The notes under the pieces: generated by a model
What the model was told of the DNA's origin: nothing
The model's input: only the letters and a program-made list of their open reading frames with translations
The model's database searches: none
Position numbers and translations under genes: made by a program
Shown: one piece after another, positions 14,261-30,145 of the stretch
Position numbering within the stretch: the stretch's first letter is position 1
How the letters are laid out: every line of letters begins with the position of its first letter
Origin: the human T2T-CHM13v2.0 reference genome, Homo sapiens
DNA: 64,000 bases
Assembly: GCF_009914755.1 (NCBI RefSeq)
Contig: NC_060935.1
Strand: one strand, 5' to 3'

Positions 14261-16626
14261 GCCCACCCTAGAAAAAAAGAAAAAGACATATATACAGCCA
14301 GTTACTCCCATGATGGGTAAGAAAATGGAAATTTGAAAAAAGTACTGTGGAAACACTGAGGTGGAAGTCATTAACAGTACTCTTATTTGGTCAAGTGAAA
14401 GTTATGTCATGTTTTCTTCATGTAGAGATAACATTCTCCAGGCAGTAATAATATTCTAGAAAAAAGAAACTACCAGAGCAAAGGCTCTTTTTTCCCTTCA
14501 TGTCAATAAAAGTATTTTAAGCAACACTGTATTGAACATCCTGTTAGCAAAATCTTTACTCACATCCTTAACTATTTCCTTAGGATAAATTTCTAAAAAT
14601 GGAATTTCTGGGTCAAAAACTCATTTTTTGGCTTTTGATGTATTCAGAAAGACCTCTGGATTTCATAATTAGAAATTTTATGGATGATTACATAAAATTT
14701 TCACAAGTAATTCAGTTTGACCAGTAAAAGGTAGAGGATATTCTGGATTATGGCAGATAAGACTACAGAGAGTAGTTTGAATAAGATTGTGAGGGAATTT
14801 TAAAATATGTTAGATTTTATCCTACGGAAAATAGAAGACCTCAACGTCCTTAAGTAGACTGAATAGCACTGTTTGTGCTATTAGGGACATAACTTTAGGG
14901 ACCATTTGGAAGATGAAGCAACTTCTAGCAGACTATCTGCTCAAGTATGATCCCTACTGGCTGCTGACTGCACCCCTCCTGAAGGCTCCACTCTGGCCTT
15001 TCTCTGGCTATGACTCTCCCTGTAAGGTGAAGGGTCCATGAAACCAAAGGAAAGGACTCACCAGGAGCTCATATCCTTCCTTCAAGGCCATGCTTCCAGA
15101 CCCAATAGTTCCCTGCTCAAATAGCCTTGAACATGCTTCAAGGGCCTACAGAGACCTCTTCTCTGGGTCTATTCTCCTGAGGATGAATCTCCTGCATCTC
15201 TGGGAGAGGTAGCCAAGGGGCATCAGTTTTTCAGAGGTATGATGCAGCTTGGATGTGTGGGCTAGGATATTTACACATGTGTGCATGCGAGACATTCTTG
15301 GTGCAGGATGAAGCCAGGGGTAGGAAGAGAGGAGGGAGAATTCCTGGAGCATGGTAGGGGATGGTTCTTCCTGAGCCTCCATGTTGCAAGATGCTAGAGA
15401 ATTCCAAATTGTAACCCGCCCTTCTCTGTTGTTTTCAGTGTGTATTTGTCAAGGTAGGGGGTAGAACAATTGTATTTAATAGTATGTGAGCTTAATTTAT
15501 ACATTTTAAATACAGGTATTTAGAGATATGGAATGTGGACCTTTATTTTAACTCTTACTCTGAGCTCACCTGAGTATCCCCCAACTCTAGATACCTTGTC
15601 TTGCAACCTGGCATGGTTTGGGGGCAGATATTCCTTGGAATTCATTCCTTATGGAAGGAGCAAGAAAAAGGTTAACCATACCACACTGACTCCCTGCCTG
15701 CAGATGTGGACAGTTGGCATTATTCAACATGGACAAATCAAGTTACATAGCTCAGGGCTTTTTATTTCATGCCTAGTCGGTGGGTTGACAGTGCAAAGGA
15801 AGCTCAAAAAGGTCCTGGGTCTTGGCTACCTGTCAGAAACCCCATGAATTTGTGGTTTTGCAATGCTGATTTTTCTAAAACTCTTGGTAAACAAGTTTGA
15901 AGTTTTTTCTGATGTCATTGTAGTTTCCAGTCTGGCACAATCTGGTTGTAACTTTGCCACAGAAGTAAATTGTGGTTAAACTGGGATTCCACATGGCAGG
16001 ATCTTGCCAAGCTGAATACAACATATCACTTGCCCTCATGTAGCTCACAAACATAGACAATGAAGAGATATACGCTAAAATAAAAATGCAAAGGGCAGTA
16101 AAGTAAATTCCAGACCAAGGGAGCCTCCATGGACAAAACCTCTGGGAAAGAAACAAGTTCTTGACATTTTGACAGATAGAGGTGTTGGGGATAGGCGAGT
16201 GATAAGGAGAAATCACACAGAGGGAACAGTTGAGCCTAGGCATCACTGTGGCTCTGTTCAGGGGATAATGATTAGTTCAGTGCTGCTGTAGCAGAGTGAG
16301 TGGAAGGAGTGGGTGAGTTCCCTGTGCTAGCTCTGGCCTCAGGGGCCTTCCTATAAGCTATTCTATTTGCTGAGATGCTCTTCCCACCCATGCACCACAA
16401 AAGTTTGCCAAGTGTCTCACAGGGCTTCTATCTCTCCTTCATGATACTTATCACAATGTAATTAAATAATTAATAATGCAATAACTTGTTAACATTTGTC
16501 CCCCTTTGCTAATATGTACATTCCATGAAGAGCAAGATTATATTCACCTTGTTCATGGCGATATTCCAACTACTCAACATGGAAATTTGCACAACATAGG
16601 CATTCTAAAAAAAACTTTGGATAATA

Positions 16627-16990
<364 letters not shown>

Positions 16991-17616
16991 TTAACAATGC
17001 ATTAATTGATTGATAAGGCTGAAAGAGTGGGTTGCAGTTAGAATGTGGAGGTACCTGAATGAAATTCAAATGAATTTGGACCTCATTTGCAAACAATGAT
17101 GTTTTATTCATTTCCTTTACAAACTCCAATAAATATCCACTTATGTGTTTATTTTCTGCCAGGCACTTTGTTAAACACTGAATGTAAAATGATAATTAAA
17201 ACACTCTGACCGGATCTTGCAGAACAGTAGGAGGTAACAGATAAAGAAATAACTGTAATAAAAAATGTGAGAGATCTTTATTAAAGCCACATTCCCAGTA
17301 TGTGAGAACACAGACAATGGACTAATGTATTCTGCTTCAGGAGGGAGTAGGGCAGTGAATGTCCCCTAGAAGAGACAACATCTCACCAAGGAATTTAAAG
17401 ATAAGTGGGGGTTTTACAAGAAGGAAAAGAGGGGAAAGGACATTATGGGGATTTATATTTTCAGCAATATAAAAGACTAGATAGTGTAAAAAAATCCTCT
17501 GGAAAAAAAAAGCAAGAAGAAAAAAGAAAAAACATAAGTGCCAGATAAAATATAAGATAAAACTCTTCTAAGCAACTATTAGCTGCTATTACAAGAGAAG
17601 AGATTCTCTTAGATGC

Positions 17617-17972
17617 TGTATTAGTCTGTTTTCACACTGCTGATAAAGACCTACCTTAGACCGGAAAGAAAAAGAGGCTTAATTGGACTTACAGTTCCAC
17701 CTGGCTGGTGAGGCCTCAGAATCATGGCAGGAGGGAAAACGCACTTCTTACAGGGTGGTGGCAAGAGAAAAATGAGGAAGAAGCAAAATTGGAAATCCCT
17801 GATAAACCCATCAGATCTCATAAGACTTAATTCACTGTCAGGAGAATAGCATGGGAAAGACCAGCCCCCATGATTCAATTACCTCCCCCTGGGTCCCTCC
17901 CACAACACGTGGGAATTCTGGGAGATATAATTCAAGTTGAGATTTGGGTAGGGACACAGTAAAACCATATCA
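17617..17972 (-). mobile_element. THE1C-like solo LTR with 5-bp TSD GATGC
   Basis: TGTATTAGTCTG...AAACCATATCA termini flanked by GATGC on both sides. Confidence 0.93.
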
Positions 17973-18479
17973 GATGCTAAATGCAAAGTTGAAATATAAA
18001 ACCGTGGAGAGAAGTTAGCACTAAGTCTGTCAACTTCTCCAATAATCTATAACCTATATTTGTTTACTTGTTTGTTTTTGACACCTGCATTTGTAACAAA
18101 TGAAGACAAGGGATAAGGGATGAAGAATGCTCAAAGTGGAAGTAGGGAGAGAGATTCTTACATAAAATTAGGATCCCGAGAGGGCTGCTCCTTCAGTGAA
18201 ATATCATCTATGAGAAAAAGATACACCCAATAAGAGGGGCAAGGAAGGAGGCATTTCTCAGCTTTGGCTCTGGATAGAGGGAAAAGTTGTTTTCCTCAGG
18301 GGTTCATATCTACAAGTAAGTCTTCCTATGGGCTTGGATTCTAATTCATATTCTCTGTTTGTTACAAAACACCTCAAACCAAATATTAGTTGTTCCTGAG
18401 TTAGTTCTTTCAACTACTGGCAGGAGCAAACACTAACCCTCTCTAGTGGATTGCCATTGAAAACCAACCACAAGAATAT

Positions 18480-20330
18480 CCATAGGTAATGTTTTAATGA
18501 TCATATAAGTAAAATCAAAATATATATGAGAAAACAAACCACTATAAGTGAAAAATAGGCCTACAAAGGCTGAAAATACTTGACTCATAGATACAGAATA
18601 GAAATTGTACATTGAAAATATGATGAAAAATGTGACTAGGCAGATTTGGATAATAATTAAATAGAACTTCCAGAAATAAAAAATGCAGTAATGAAAATCA
18701 ATATTCTTATAAAAATTAATATCTCCTAGCTGAAGAGTTAATTATTTAATTTGAAGATAGATCTGAATAAATTACCCAAAATGCAGCATACAGAGATCAA
18801 GACGTAGAAAATATAAAAGAAATATTAATGAACATGGAAGGCTGAAAGGGGAAAATGGTGTTTGTGATACACTGAGAGAAGCTAATATATGTCTAATTGG
18901 TGTTGCAAAAAAAATTAAAAAGATTAGGAGAAAGCAATATTGAGAAGACATACACTAAGAATCTCCCACATTTTAAGAAATACATCAATTAGATTCAGAA
19001 AGTTCAACAAATTGCAAAGAGTAAATATAAAGAAAATCAATAGCTAAAATCATTGCAGTAAAATGCACAGTGCCTAGGAAGAAGGGAAAGTCTTAAAAAC
19101 AACCAGGAAGATAATTGATAGAGACAGGTAATCTATAAGCAATTAGACTAGGATTAAACTTCTGAAAAGAAATAATGAAAGACAGAGCACAGGAATATCT
19201 TTGCACACTGACAGGAAGTAAATATCAACCTCCACTTACATACCCAGCAAAACTAAGTTCAGGAACTTGCTTGAGAGGTTCTACTTCTGGAGATGCAGTG
19301 TGAGGGGATTTGAAGAACTTCTCTCCAGTGAAACTACCATAACTGGAGAAAATTATTTTAAAAACCATCCATTTAAACTCTCAGAAATTGTCTGGAGGTT
19401 ATACAGCGAATAAAGCAACATTTATTTAAGAAAATTTACTAAATATCAGTAAAAACAGTGAAAGTCTTAGCACCAGAGCCGTGACTTGCTTCTTTCCTGT
19501 CCCCAACTCATCGTGATGTCAGTACCATTCTGGGTGATTTGGCAAAGAAGACAAGGCTTCCTCTTTCCCAAGTCCTCAGTCAAGGGTGACATGTGGTAGG
19601 CAGAATAATCCCCCCACTGCCAACGTCCACATTCTGTTCCCCAGAACCTGTGACTATGTTACCTTACATGGCAAAAGGAACTTTGCAGAAGTGATTAAGT
19701 TAAGGATATCGAGAGAAGAGGAGAGTATCTTGGATTACCCAGGTGAATCCAATGTAAACAAAACCTTTTAAAGTTGATTGACTCAACATATTATAATAAA
19801 ATCTGTTCACCAAAGGGCATTATAGAGTGAAGGACAAGCCACAAAGCAGGATAAAATATATGCTATATGTATAACCTACAAAGAATTAGTATCCAGAGTA
19901 TCTAATATATGAAGAACTTCTACAAATCAAGAAAAAAATTAAAAACCTAATAGAAAAGCAGCCAGAGCTATGAATAGGCATTTCATTAAGAAGGTAACAC
20001 AAATAGCTAATAACCTATAGAAAGAGACTTAACCTTATCAGTTGTTAGGAGAATGCATATTGAAACCACAATGAGACACCATTTCACACTACTAAGTTGG
20101 AAAAAATGTAAAATGTTCACAATGCAAGTGTTGGCTAGGAAGTAGAGTAATACAAACTATCCTGTGCACAGGTAATAGTGTAAATCAGTACCGCTTTACC
20201 TAGTAAAGTTGAAAATGCTCCTCACTATAGGAAACACAAATTCTACTTCTAGGTATATAATATAGAGACACTCTTGCTCATAGGCCCCAAGAAAACATGA
20301 ATAAAATTATTTATGAGTAAAGGTGGCTTA
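18480..20330 (+). mobile_element. Mosaic of old L1M fragments with an MLT1D 5' fragment (~19590-19770)
   Basis: Degenerate ORF1-like A-rich sequence; TGTGGTAGGCAGAATAAT..GTTACCTTACATGGCAAAAGG; L1ME 3' motifs. Confidence 0.6.
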
Positions 20331-20419
20331 TAACAGTTTAACATTCATGTAAAGGAGAATTTGTAAATAACTATTAAAAAAAAGAAAAAGACAACACTTG
20401 GTAGCTTTTGTGTATTGAT

Positions 20420-20655
20420 GACAATGCCTCTTAACATGAGCTTTAAAGATAGGCAGAACTGGGTTTGAATTCTGGCTCAATTGTTTACCAACTATATGAC
20501 CTTGGGCAAGCTGTTTATATTCTCTAAGCCTTGGTCTTTGCCTCTGTAGACTGAATATATGAGACCTATTTTACAGATTGCTGTGAGAATGAGGTATAGC
20601 ATATGCAAAACACCTGGCACATAGTAATGCTTTATGAATGCTAGCTATTATTACT
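20420..20655 (+). mobile_element. MIR
   Basis: CTGGGTTTGAATTCTGGCTC...TGACCTTGGGCAAG...CCTGGCACATAGTAA core. Confidence 0.8.
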
Positions 20656-21124
20656 GCTCTGTTGAACATACTGGAGTGACCCACTAAGAAAAGAAGGAAG
20701 AAGAAAGGTGCCAGCTACCTACTGAGCATCTCAAACATTTCAGTTACTCTCCAAAAGAAGGAAAGATAAAGCCTTGGGGGCTGGGTAAATTCAAATCAGA
20801 AAAGACTCTTCCCTTCAAGTAAAATGTGAAGTGTGGGTACGAGAGTGTGGTGGAAAGGGCACAGGATTTAGAGACTCAGGATCTGCATTTGAGTCCTGCC
20901 TCCACTACATATTAGATCTAAGGGCCATGTACCATTGGGCAAGTCATTTAAATTCTCCAGATCTCAATTTAGTCTATGTGAAAAGGAAAGAATAGGCACC
21001 AGGCTGCTATGAGAACTAGGAGAGAAAATAAGCACAAAAATTCCATTCTAGAAAGAACTGTATGAAAGCCTTAAAATCAATAGCAACAATATGTTTCTTT
21101 CTATTTTCACCCTTCTCTTTACAG

Positions 21125-21285
21125 GATTCCTCCTTCTGCACCTTTTTGGCACTGTTTCCTTGAGCTCTCCATCCTATCCATCGAAAGTTACCCATCCCAA
21201 ATCCTATATCCTCAGCAACTTTCTGGACAACTGGCTGATCTGAAGAACCAGTTCATACTCGTCTATCTTGTTATTGTGTTGACTA
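21125..21285 (+). other. Candidate exon B (53 codons open: IPPSAPFWHCFLE...VLT)
   Basis: Strong acceptor TTTCACCCTTCTCTTTACAG, donor GTATGT, no stop in the frame set by exon A. Confidence 0.5.
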
Positions 21286-22050
21286 GTATGTAGGCACTTT
21301 AAAGATGAACCTCCAAGTGGGAAAATTCTTTAATGAAAATGCTGACAAATGCTCAAATTCATAGATGTTGTGGCAGACTGTTGGGTAAGACCCATAGGGT
21401 CAAACAAGGCTTCCTTAAATGACACAGCAGAGGCATCTGGAACAATAGAGATAATATTCAAATAGCATTTTATGCTGCACAAAGAACTTCCATATCTGTT
21501 GTCTCAGTCCATGTTTACATCAATCCTGGGAGGGAAAACCTGAGATAGGGTTTGTGACGCCCAGTTTTGTAGATGAAGAAACTGAGGTTTAGGAGGTTAA
21601 GAAACTATCACCCACAAGGTCACACATCTATCTATGGCTGAGTTTAGCCATGCCTTGCTGGTGTTTTCCCTCCCTATCTAGTCTCTAGAACATTTGGGCA
21701 CACCTATCATGTGGACCACCCAAGAAAATGTGTGGAGTCATCACAGACCAGTTCTTCTCTTTAGTGTTTGGTGTTCCCATTTCTTAGGTGGTCAAATTGG
21801 CAGGTAGTGCCAGCTAGCAGCCTAGAAAAAACAATTACAAACTGCTGCTCCTTGTACAACCCAATACATGCCACTAGCGCCCTATAGGTTGGTTACTCTG
21901 GGTGCAGAAAAATCCAGCTTCCCAACACAGGCTGAAAGCAAGTGGGGAGGGGTAGACCTGTGTGCCTTCTACCTTCCCTATCCTTTTTCACCATTCTCCA
22001 TGCTTTCCCCATCTAGAGCAACAGATAGTTATCCTTTTCCATCAGCAACT

Positions 22051-24982
22051 ATATTTTTTATTTTTGCAGCTTTTATTTTAGCTATAAAGGATATATGTGC
22101 AGATGTGCTAAATGGAAATATTGCATGATGCTGAAGTTTAGAGTGCAGATCCTGTCATCCAGGTAGTGAGCACAGCACTTGATAGTTTTTTTTCACTCTC
22201 CCTCCACCCTCTCATGGTCCACAGTGCCTATTATTTCCATATTTAAGTCCATGTGTGATCAATGTATAGCTCCCACATATAAGTGAGAATATGTGGCATT
22301 TGTTTTTCTGTTTCTGCATTAATTTGCTTGAGATTATGGCCTCAAGCTCCATCCATGTTGTTGCAAAGAGCATGATTTCATTTTTTATAACTGCATAGTG
22401 TATTTTTATAACTCCATTTTTTATGACTCAATGGTGTACATGTACCACATTTTCTTTATCCAGTCAAACATTGATGGGCACTTGGGTTGATTCCATGTCT
22501 TTGGTATTGTGAATAGTGCAGAGATGAACTTATGAGTGCATGTGTCTTTTGGGAGAATGATTTATTTTCTTTTGGGTACATATCCAATAATGGGATTGCT
22601 AGGTTGACTTGTAGCTTGGTTTTAAGTTATTTGAGAAATCTCTAGACTGCTTTTTTCAGTGGCTGGACTGATTTACATTCCCAACAAAAGTGTGTAAGTG
22701 TTCTCTTTTCTTTGCAGCCTCACCAGCAACTGTTATTTTTTGACTTTTCAATAATCACCATTCTGACTGGTGTGAGATGCTATCTCATTGTGGTTTTGAG
22801 TTGCATTTCTCTGATAATAAGTGATAATGAGGATTTTTTCATTTTTTTGCCAGTTGTGTGTCTTCTTTTGAGAAGTGTCTGTTCATGTCCTTTGCCCATT
22901 TTTTAATGGGGTTATTTGGTTTTTGCTTGCTGATTTGCTTAAGTTCCTTACAGATCATGGATATTAGGTCTTTATCAGATGCAGTTTGTGAATACCTTCT
23001 CCCATTCTGTAGGGATTGTCTGTTTGCTCTGTCAGTAGTTTCTTTTGCTCTGCAGAAGCTCTTCAGTTTAATTAGGCCCCACTGTCTGTGTTTGTTTTTG
23101 TTGCAATTGCTTTTGGGGACTTAGTCAAAAATTATTTGCCAAGGTTGATGTTGAGAAGAGTATTTACTAGGTTGTCTTCCAGGATTTTTATAGCTTGAGG
23201 TCTTACATTAAATTTTTTTCATTTATTTTGAATTAGTTTTTGTATATGGTGAAAGGTGGGAGTCCAACTTCATTCTTCTGTATATGGCTAGCCAGTTATC
23301 CTAGCACCATTTGTTGAATTGTGTATCCTTTTCCATTGCTTGTTTTTGTTGACCTTGTCAAAGATCAGATAGTTGTAGATGTGCAGCTTTATTTCTGAGT
23401 TTTCTATTCTGTTCCATTATGTGTTTTTGTACCAATACAAAGCTGTTTTGGTTACTGTGGCTTTATAGCATAACTTGAAGTCAGGTAATGTGAGACTTTG
23501 TTCCTTTTGCTTAGGATTGCTTTGGCTATTTGAGCTGTTTTTGGTCCCATATTAATTTTAGAACAGTTTTTCTAATCCTATGAAGAATGACATTGGTAGT
23601 TTGATAGGAATAGCATTGAATCTTTAAATTACTTCGTGCAGTATGGACATTTCAAATGACATTGATTCTTTCAATCCATGAGCATGGAATGTTTTCTGTT
23701 CATTTGTGTCATTTCTGAATTCTTTCAGCAGTGTTTGGTGGTTCTCTTTGTACAGGTCTTTCACCTCTTTGGTTAGCTGTATTCCTAGATAATTTCATTT
23801 TCTTTGTGGCTATTTTGAGTAGGATTGTGTTTTTTATTCCACGTGCACCCTGGATGCTGTTGGTGTATAGAAATGCTACTGATTTTTGTGCATTGATTTT
23901 GTATCTTGAAACTGTATTAAAGTGGTTTTTCAATTCTAGGAGTCTTTTGGCAGAGTCTTTAGGATTTTCTAGGCATAGAATCATAATTGTCAGTAAAGAG
24001 AAATTGTTTGGCTTCTTGGTTTCCTATTTGGATGCCTTTTATTTCTTTTTCTTGCATGACTGCTCTGTCTAGGACTTCTAGTACTATGTTGAATAGGAGT
24101 GGTGAGAGTGGGTATCCTTGTCTTGTTCCAGTTCTTAAGGGGAATGATTCAAGCTTTTGCCCATTCAGTATGATGTTGGCTGTGAGTTTATCATAGATGG
24201 ACCCTAGCTATCAAAGAAAAAGAAAGAGAGAAGATCCAAATAAGCACAATCAGAAACAACAAAGGTGATATTACAATTGATCCCACAGAAATACAAAAGA
24301 TCCTCAGAGACTATTATGAACAACCCTACACACACAAATTAGAGTATCCAGAAGAAATGGAAACATTCTGGAAGCACACAGTCTTCTAAGATTGAATCAG
24401 AGATTGAAACCTTGAAAAGACCAAAGACAAGTTCTGAAATTGAATCAGTAATAAAGAACCTACCAACCAAAGCAAAGCCCTAGACCAGATGGATTCACAG
24501 CCAAATTCTACCAGACATTCAAAGAAGAACTGATACTAATCCTACTGAAACTATTCCAAAAATCAAGAAAGAGGGGCTCCTCCGTATCTTTTTCCATGAA
24601 GCCAGCATCAGCTTGATACTAAAAGCTGGCAGAGACACAACAAAAACAGAAAACTTCAGACCAATATCCCTGATGAACATTGATGCAAAAATCCTCAACA
24701 AAATACTAGCAAATTGAATCCACAGCACATCAAACAACTAATATACCACAATCAAGTAGGCTTTATTCCTGGGATGCAAGCCTGATTCAACATACACAAG
24801 TCAATAAATGTGATTCACCACATAAACAGAATCAAAAGCAAAAACCATTTGTCATCTCAAAAGAGGCGGAAACAGCTTTTGATAACATCCAACATCCCTT
24901 CATGATAAAAAAAAAAACCCCAACAGACTAAGCATTGAAGGAACATACCTCAAAATAATAAGAGCCATCTATGACAAACTCA
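22051..24982 (-). mobile_element. L1 (old L1PA/L1PB) with 5' inversion: 22051-24200 minus, 24201-24982 plus
   Basis: ORF2 homology switches strand at 24200/24201; TSD CAGCAACT at 22043-22050 and 24983-24990. Confidence 0.9.
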
Positions 24983-25899
24983 CAGCAACTTTAGAAATGA
25001 TAATTAGCCAGTCCTCCTAATGACTTAATAATCATGCCTTGCGTGTCAATGGACCTGGTGTTTTCAGGCTCCCTTTCAGTCATTAATTAATCCTCCACCA
25101 GCTGCCTGTAGATGTAGGTCACCTTGATTACCTTCAGGGTGTGGCTGAGTCACTGAGACAGGCCTGGGATCTGCCTAAGTTCATCCAGCAGTAGCTGCAG
25201 CCCAGTCAGGCCACTGGCCAGTGGTAACCAAGATGTAAAGTCAGACATGTCCTCTGCCCCTTCCTTCCCAGAGCCCAGTGCTCTCATACTGCCTTCCTTG
25301 GCATTCCACGTTCCTTTGATTAAGCCTCTCACCCAAACTTATGTGTCCTGGATCCCTAAGGACCATGTTAAATAACAGGAGGTAATCTAATACAATAGTT
25401 TATATTAATGCATTACTGATTAACATGACTGCATTCATTTCCCCAGAGGTATGTGCGTTTTAACAGAGGGTCTTCTGCAGCTCCAAAACTTTAATCCATG
25501 GGGATGAATTTCTAATGGTAGAATTCCAGGCATTTGTCACTATCACTAGACAAGCTATTTTAGCAATGGGGCCTTTCAGGGAGAAGTTCCTCACACCACC
25601 CTGGCCATGTAGCTTGAGTGTCTTGCTGACTCTGTCCCTAAACCCCTTGTCTTGCCCTGGCTTAGTCATTAGTTCCCTCTCTAGGGACTGGAGAGGAGCT
25701 GGCCACTAGGATGCAGGTGCAACACACTAATAAAGAGCTGGAAGTTAGTTCTCTCTTAATTAATTCCACCTGAATCCACATTCCCTTAGACAACTAAACT
25801 GTGTGCCAAACAACATTTGCCCTGGTGTGATCTGGGCCAGCCCAGCATAGGGTGCCGGATTTTGGGATGCTCAAACTTATGACTCATGAAAGCTGAATG

Positions 25900-25987
25900 C
25901 ATGTATGTGTATATGTGTGTGTGTGTGTGTGTGTGGTGTGGTATGTGTGTGTACATATGCGCATGTGCCTGTGTGTGCCTGCGTGTG
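25900..25987. repeat. (TG)n-rich microsatellite
   Basis: Direct reading. Confidence 0.9.
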
Positions 25988-26400
25988 AGGCAAAGCAGCA
26001 AAGGTGACCACCTGAGGGATGAATCCTGCCTAATCCACTCTAGCTTGATGGCTTGAGGAACCGAATGAATAAAGACCAATAAAGTGCAGATGGAAGACAA
26101 CGACAGCTGAGCTTTAAGTTCTCAATTATGTGTTCTCATGAGAGGTTAAGGAGGCACAGGGATGCAATGGCTAATCCCAAAACCTTTACAAGGTTTAGCA
26201 GTAACCTGGATTACTTCTTATTTGTGCTTGAACTATGATTATTAAAAAGGAATTGATTGGGATTGGAAATCAAGAGGGCCAGGCAGGACTGGGGGAGCCT
26301 AGGATCTTGGAAAGCCATCTTGAATAGTGGTTTTCTTGCAGCTCCTTCTTCAAAGGATGGAACTTTAAGGATGGAACCAATTGGCTACAAATCATTTTAG

Positions 26401-26486
26401 CTGATGCACTGAGACAATTCTGAAGCAAACTGTCTTATCCTGGATTTTGTCAGTAACTGGAGTTGAAGGACTTGAAGATTCTCAAG
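26401..26486 (+). other. Candidate exon C (DALRQF*SKLSYPGFCQ*LELKDLKILK)
   Basis: TTTTAG acceptor, AAG|GTAACA donor; read in the phase set by exon B, two stops. Confidence 0.4.
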
Positions 26487-27453
26487 GTAACATCTATGAA
26501 AAATGGGCTTTCTCTTTTTGTTCATCTTTCCACATCCTGAATTCACCCCTTAAAAGTTATGTAGATCAACATGGCAATTCTCTGAGCCTCAGTCTGTTGT
26601 AATTTGGCAGAGTTTTTGTGATAATTAAGCAAGATAAAAATAATTATGATTCTTGTTTATGATAATGATAATTGTTAACATGTATTGAATATTTACTATC
26701 TGCTAGCTTACATTTCTATTACTGGTTTACAAATACCATGTGAGATACAGAGCAAGAAACTGGGGTTCAGGGAGGTGACATAACAGGTGTTTAATAAATA
26801 TTCATTTTCTCAAGATAGTATGTGCAAAGTAATTCTATTTGGGTTAGATTGAAATGTATTTGTATGGAGATAAAATGAAATAGACATTATAAAATATTAA
26901 TTGCACTTTTATTTGGGAGGTGGGTCTGTATACAAACCTTACTTTTTTCCTATTTAGTAGTCTGTACTTTCTAAAGTAACTACTTGTTATTTTGGTAGTA
27001 TGAAAGAAACTACAGTGGAGGTGGAGTGGGTGGGTGGTGAGAATAAAGGTATTGCTCTTGCCTGCCACCTGCCTTGTATGAAGCAGTTAAAGCTCCACGA
27101 CCTGTTCTGTTGACTTAGCAGGGATTATGCTAGGTCTGTAGCTCTTCAAAGAAAATGGATACTTGCTGGTTAAATCTGACACATGTGTTTTTCCTTTTTC
27201 ATATGCTTTTCAGCTTATAATTACAAATTGTATAAAAATCAATAATTCTGCAAGGATATTTGCTTTTGCTTTATTTACACACACATACACACACACACAC
27301 ACATTTGTGCCCTTCCTGCAATTCTCTGAAGATGCGTTCTGAACACTTGACCCCAATTCAATTATGTGCAACATACATTTCTGTATTTAGGGCCCAAAAC
27401 TTGTAGATTGAAAAGTGAAGACTGCCTTGCATCATTTAAAAAAAAAAATGTGA

Positions 27454-27874
<421 letters not shown>

Positions 27875-28109
27875 TCATGGTTAAGCACCATTCCAGGCCA
27901 AGTTGCCAGTGGATGGAGGGAGCAAGGCTCTCCCTGCATGGTACCATAAAGGTCTGTGGATGTGGGAAACTCACAAAATCCGTGAAGTTGGCATGGGAGG
28001 TAAGAAGAGGAGGCTGGCAGAGTTCGCCCGCAGCCCGCCTGTTTGGTTCTCCCAGATTCTGTCCCCTCAGGGCAGGTGACCCAATCGTGGTCCAAGGACT
28101 TGGCTGGTA

Positions 28110-28320
28110 ATACCAATAATAGCATCCTTCATTAAATTTTAAGCACTTTAAATTGTCTCAGTCAAGTCTCCCAACAACCCTAAGATATAGGTGCTATTGC
28201 TAGCAGCTTCACTTCACAGTGGAGGCAACTGAGATTTACAGAGGTTAAGTAAAGTAAGCCCATGGTTACACAGCCAAGTGGCAGAGCTGAGACTCAGACC
28301 CAGGTCTGACTCTACAGCCC
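28110..28320 (-). mobile_element. MIR
   Basis: ACAACCCTAAGATATAGG...AACTGAG...AGAGGTTAAGT...GGTTACACAGC. Confidence 0.75.
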
Positions 28321-28721
28321 CCATGCTCCTTCCTCTCTCCAGCGACATGCTGCCTCACCAAACTTGCCCAGTCAAACCTGCCTCTGCTTCCTGTCCTGTC
28401 CTCTCCCATGTCCCAGGGCTGCACTCCCCTTGCCATGGGCACACCTGGCAGGGACTTCCCATCCTCTTTCTGCATGCTCAGCCCTCAGCCTGGAGTCCCC
28501 TCAACAGCCCATTCCCCCATCTCTGCCTGTTGGAATTTACACATCCTTCAAGCCCAGCTGAAGTCTTCCCTGGTCTTCCCATTTGGAATGACTCTTTCCC
28601 TCCTTGGCTCAATCTCAGTGAAGTGTGAATAAATAAGTAAAATTTATATATGTATATATAATGTATACATGCATATATAGTGTGTGTGTATACATATTAT
28701 ATATATATATATTTTTTAAAC

Positions 28722-29538
<817 letters not shown>

Positions 29539-29789
29539 CTTTCACTGGGTTTATTTTATAATACTAAAGCATTGGTGCCAGTCTACTACTGTGATTGCTT
29601 GAGTATGCATATATTTCTCTCCCTCACTTTTTATTGGACTTAAGTCTTAGTTATTTTTATATATTTTTCTTCAGAACCTCAAGTAGCACCTGGATTTTGT
29701 TGCATTGCCTTACATCATCTATATTACCTGAGTGACCACTACGTGCACAGCATCATCTTGGGTGTAGAGAAACAAAGTCAAGTCAGTGG

Positions 29790-30145
29790 GGTAGTCTGTT
29801 AAGCACTTCACAGAAGTCTGGGGTTTCACTCCTCCTAGGCACATAAGAAGAAGATTGTATGTTTCTGCCTTCTCAAAGTTCAGTGTGGCCATGTGACTTG
29901 CTTTGGCCAAGAGCTGAGAACAAATGCTTTATCCTTCTCTCCTTTCTCTGCAGCATGCTACCTGGCAACGTTTTAGATGGTGTGGGGTCTGGCAGCTTGC
30001 ATCTTTACTGATTGTGGTGTGTGGAATCTGTTGGCTGGCTCACAGTGGACATGTATTGAAAGTGAGAAATAATCTTTTTGTTTCGATAGCTCAGATTTTG
30101 AGGTGGTTACCACTGCATGATTTAGCCCACCCTGACTGATAAAGT
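29790..30145 (+). mobile_element. Old MLT1 (I/J-like) LTR
   Basis: GTGGCCATGTGACTTGCTTTGGCC and TAGCCCACCCTGACTGATA motifs. Confidence 0.6.

Noticed and set aside
15533-16246. Two ORFs (104 and 123 aa) in apparently unique sequence
   Set aside because: No recognisable homology or convincing splice pairing; may be non-coding or an unrecognised ancient repeat
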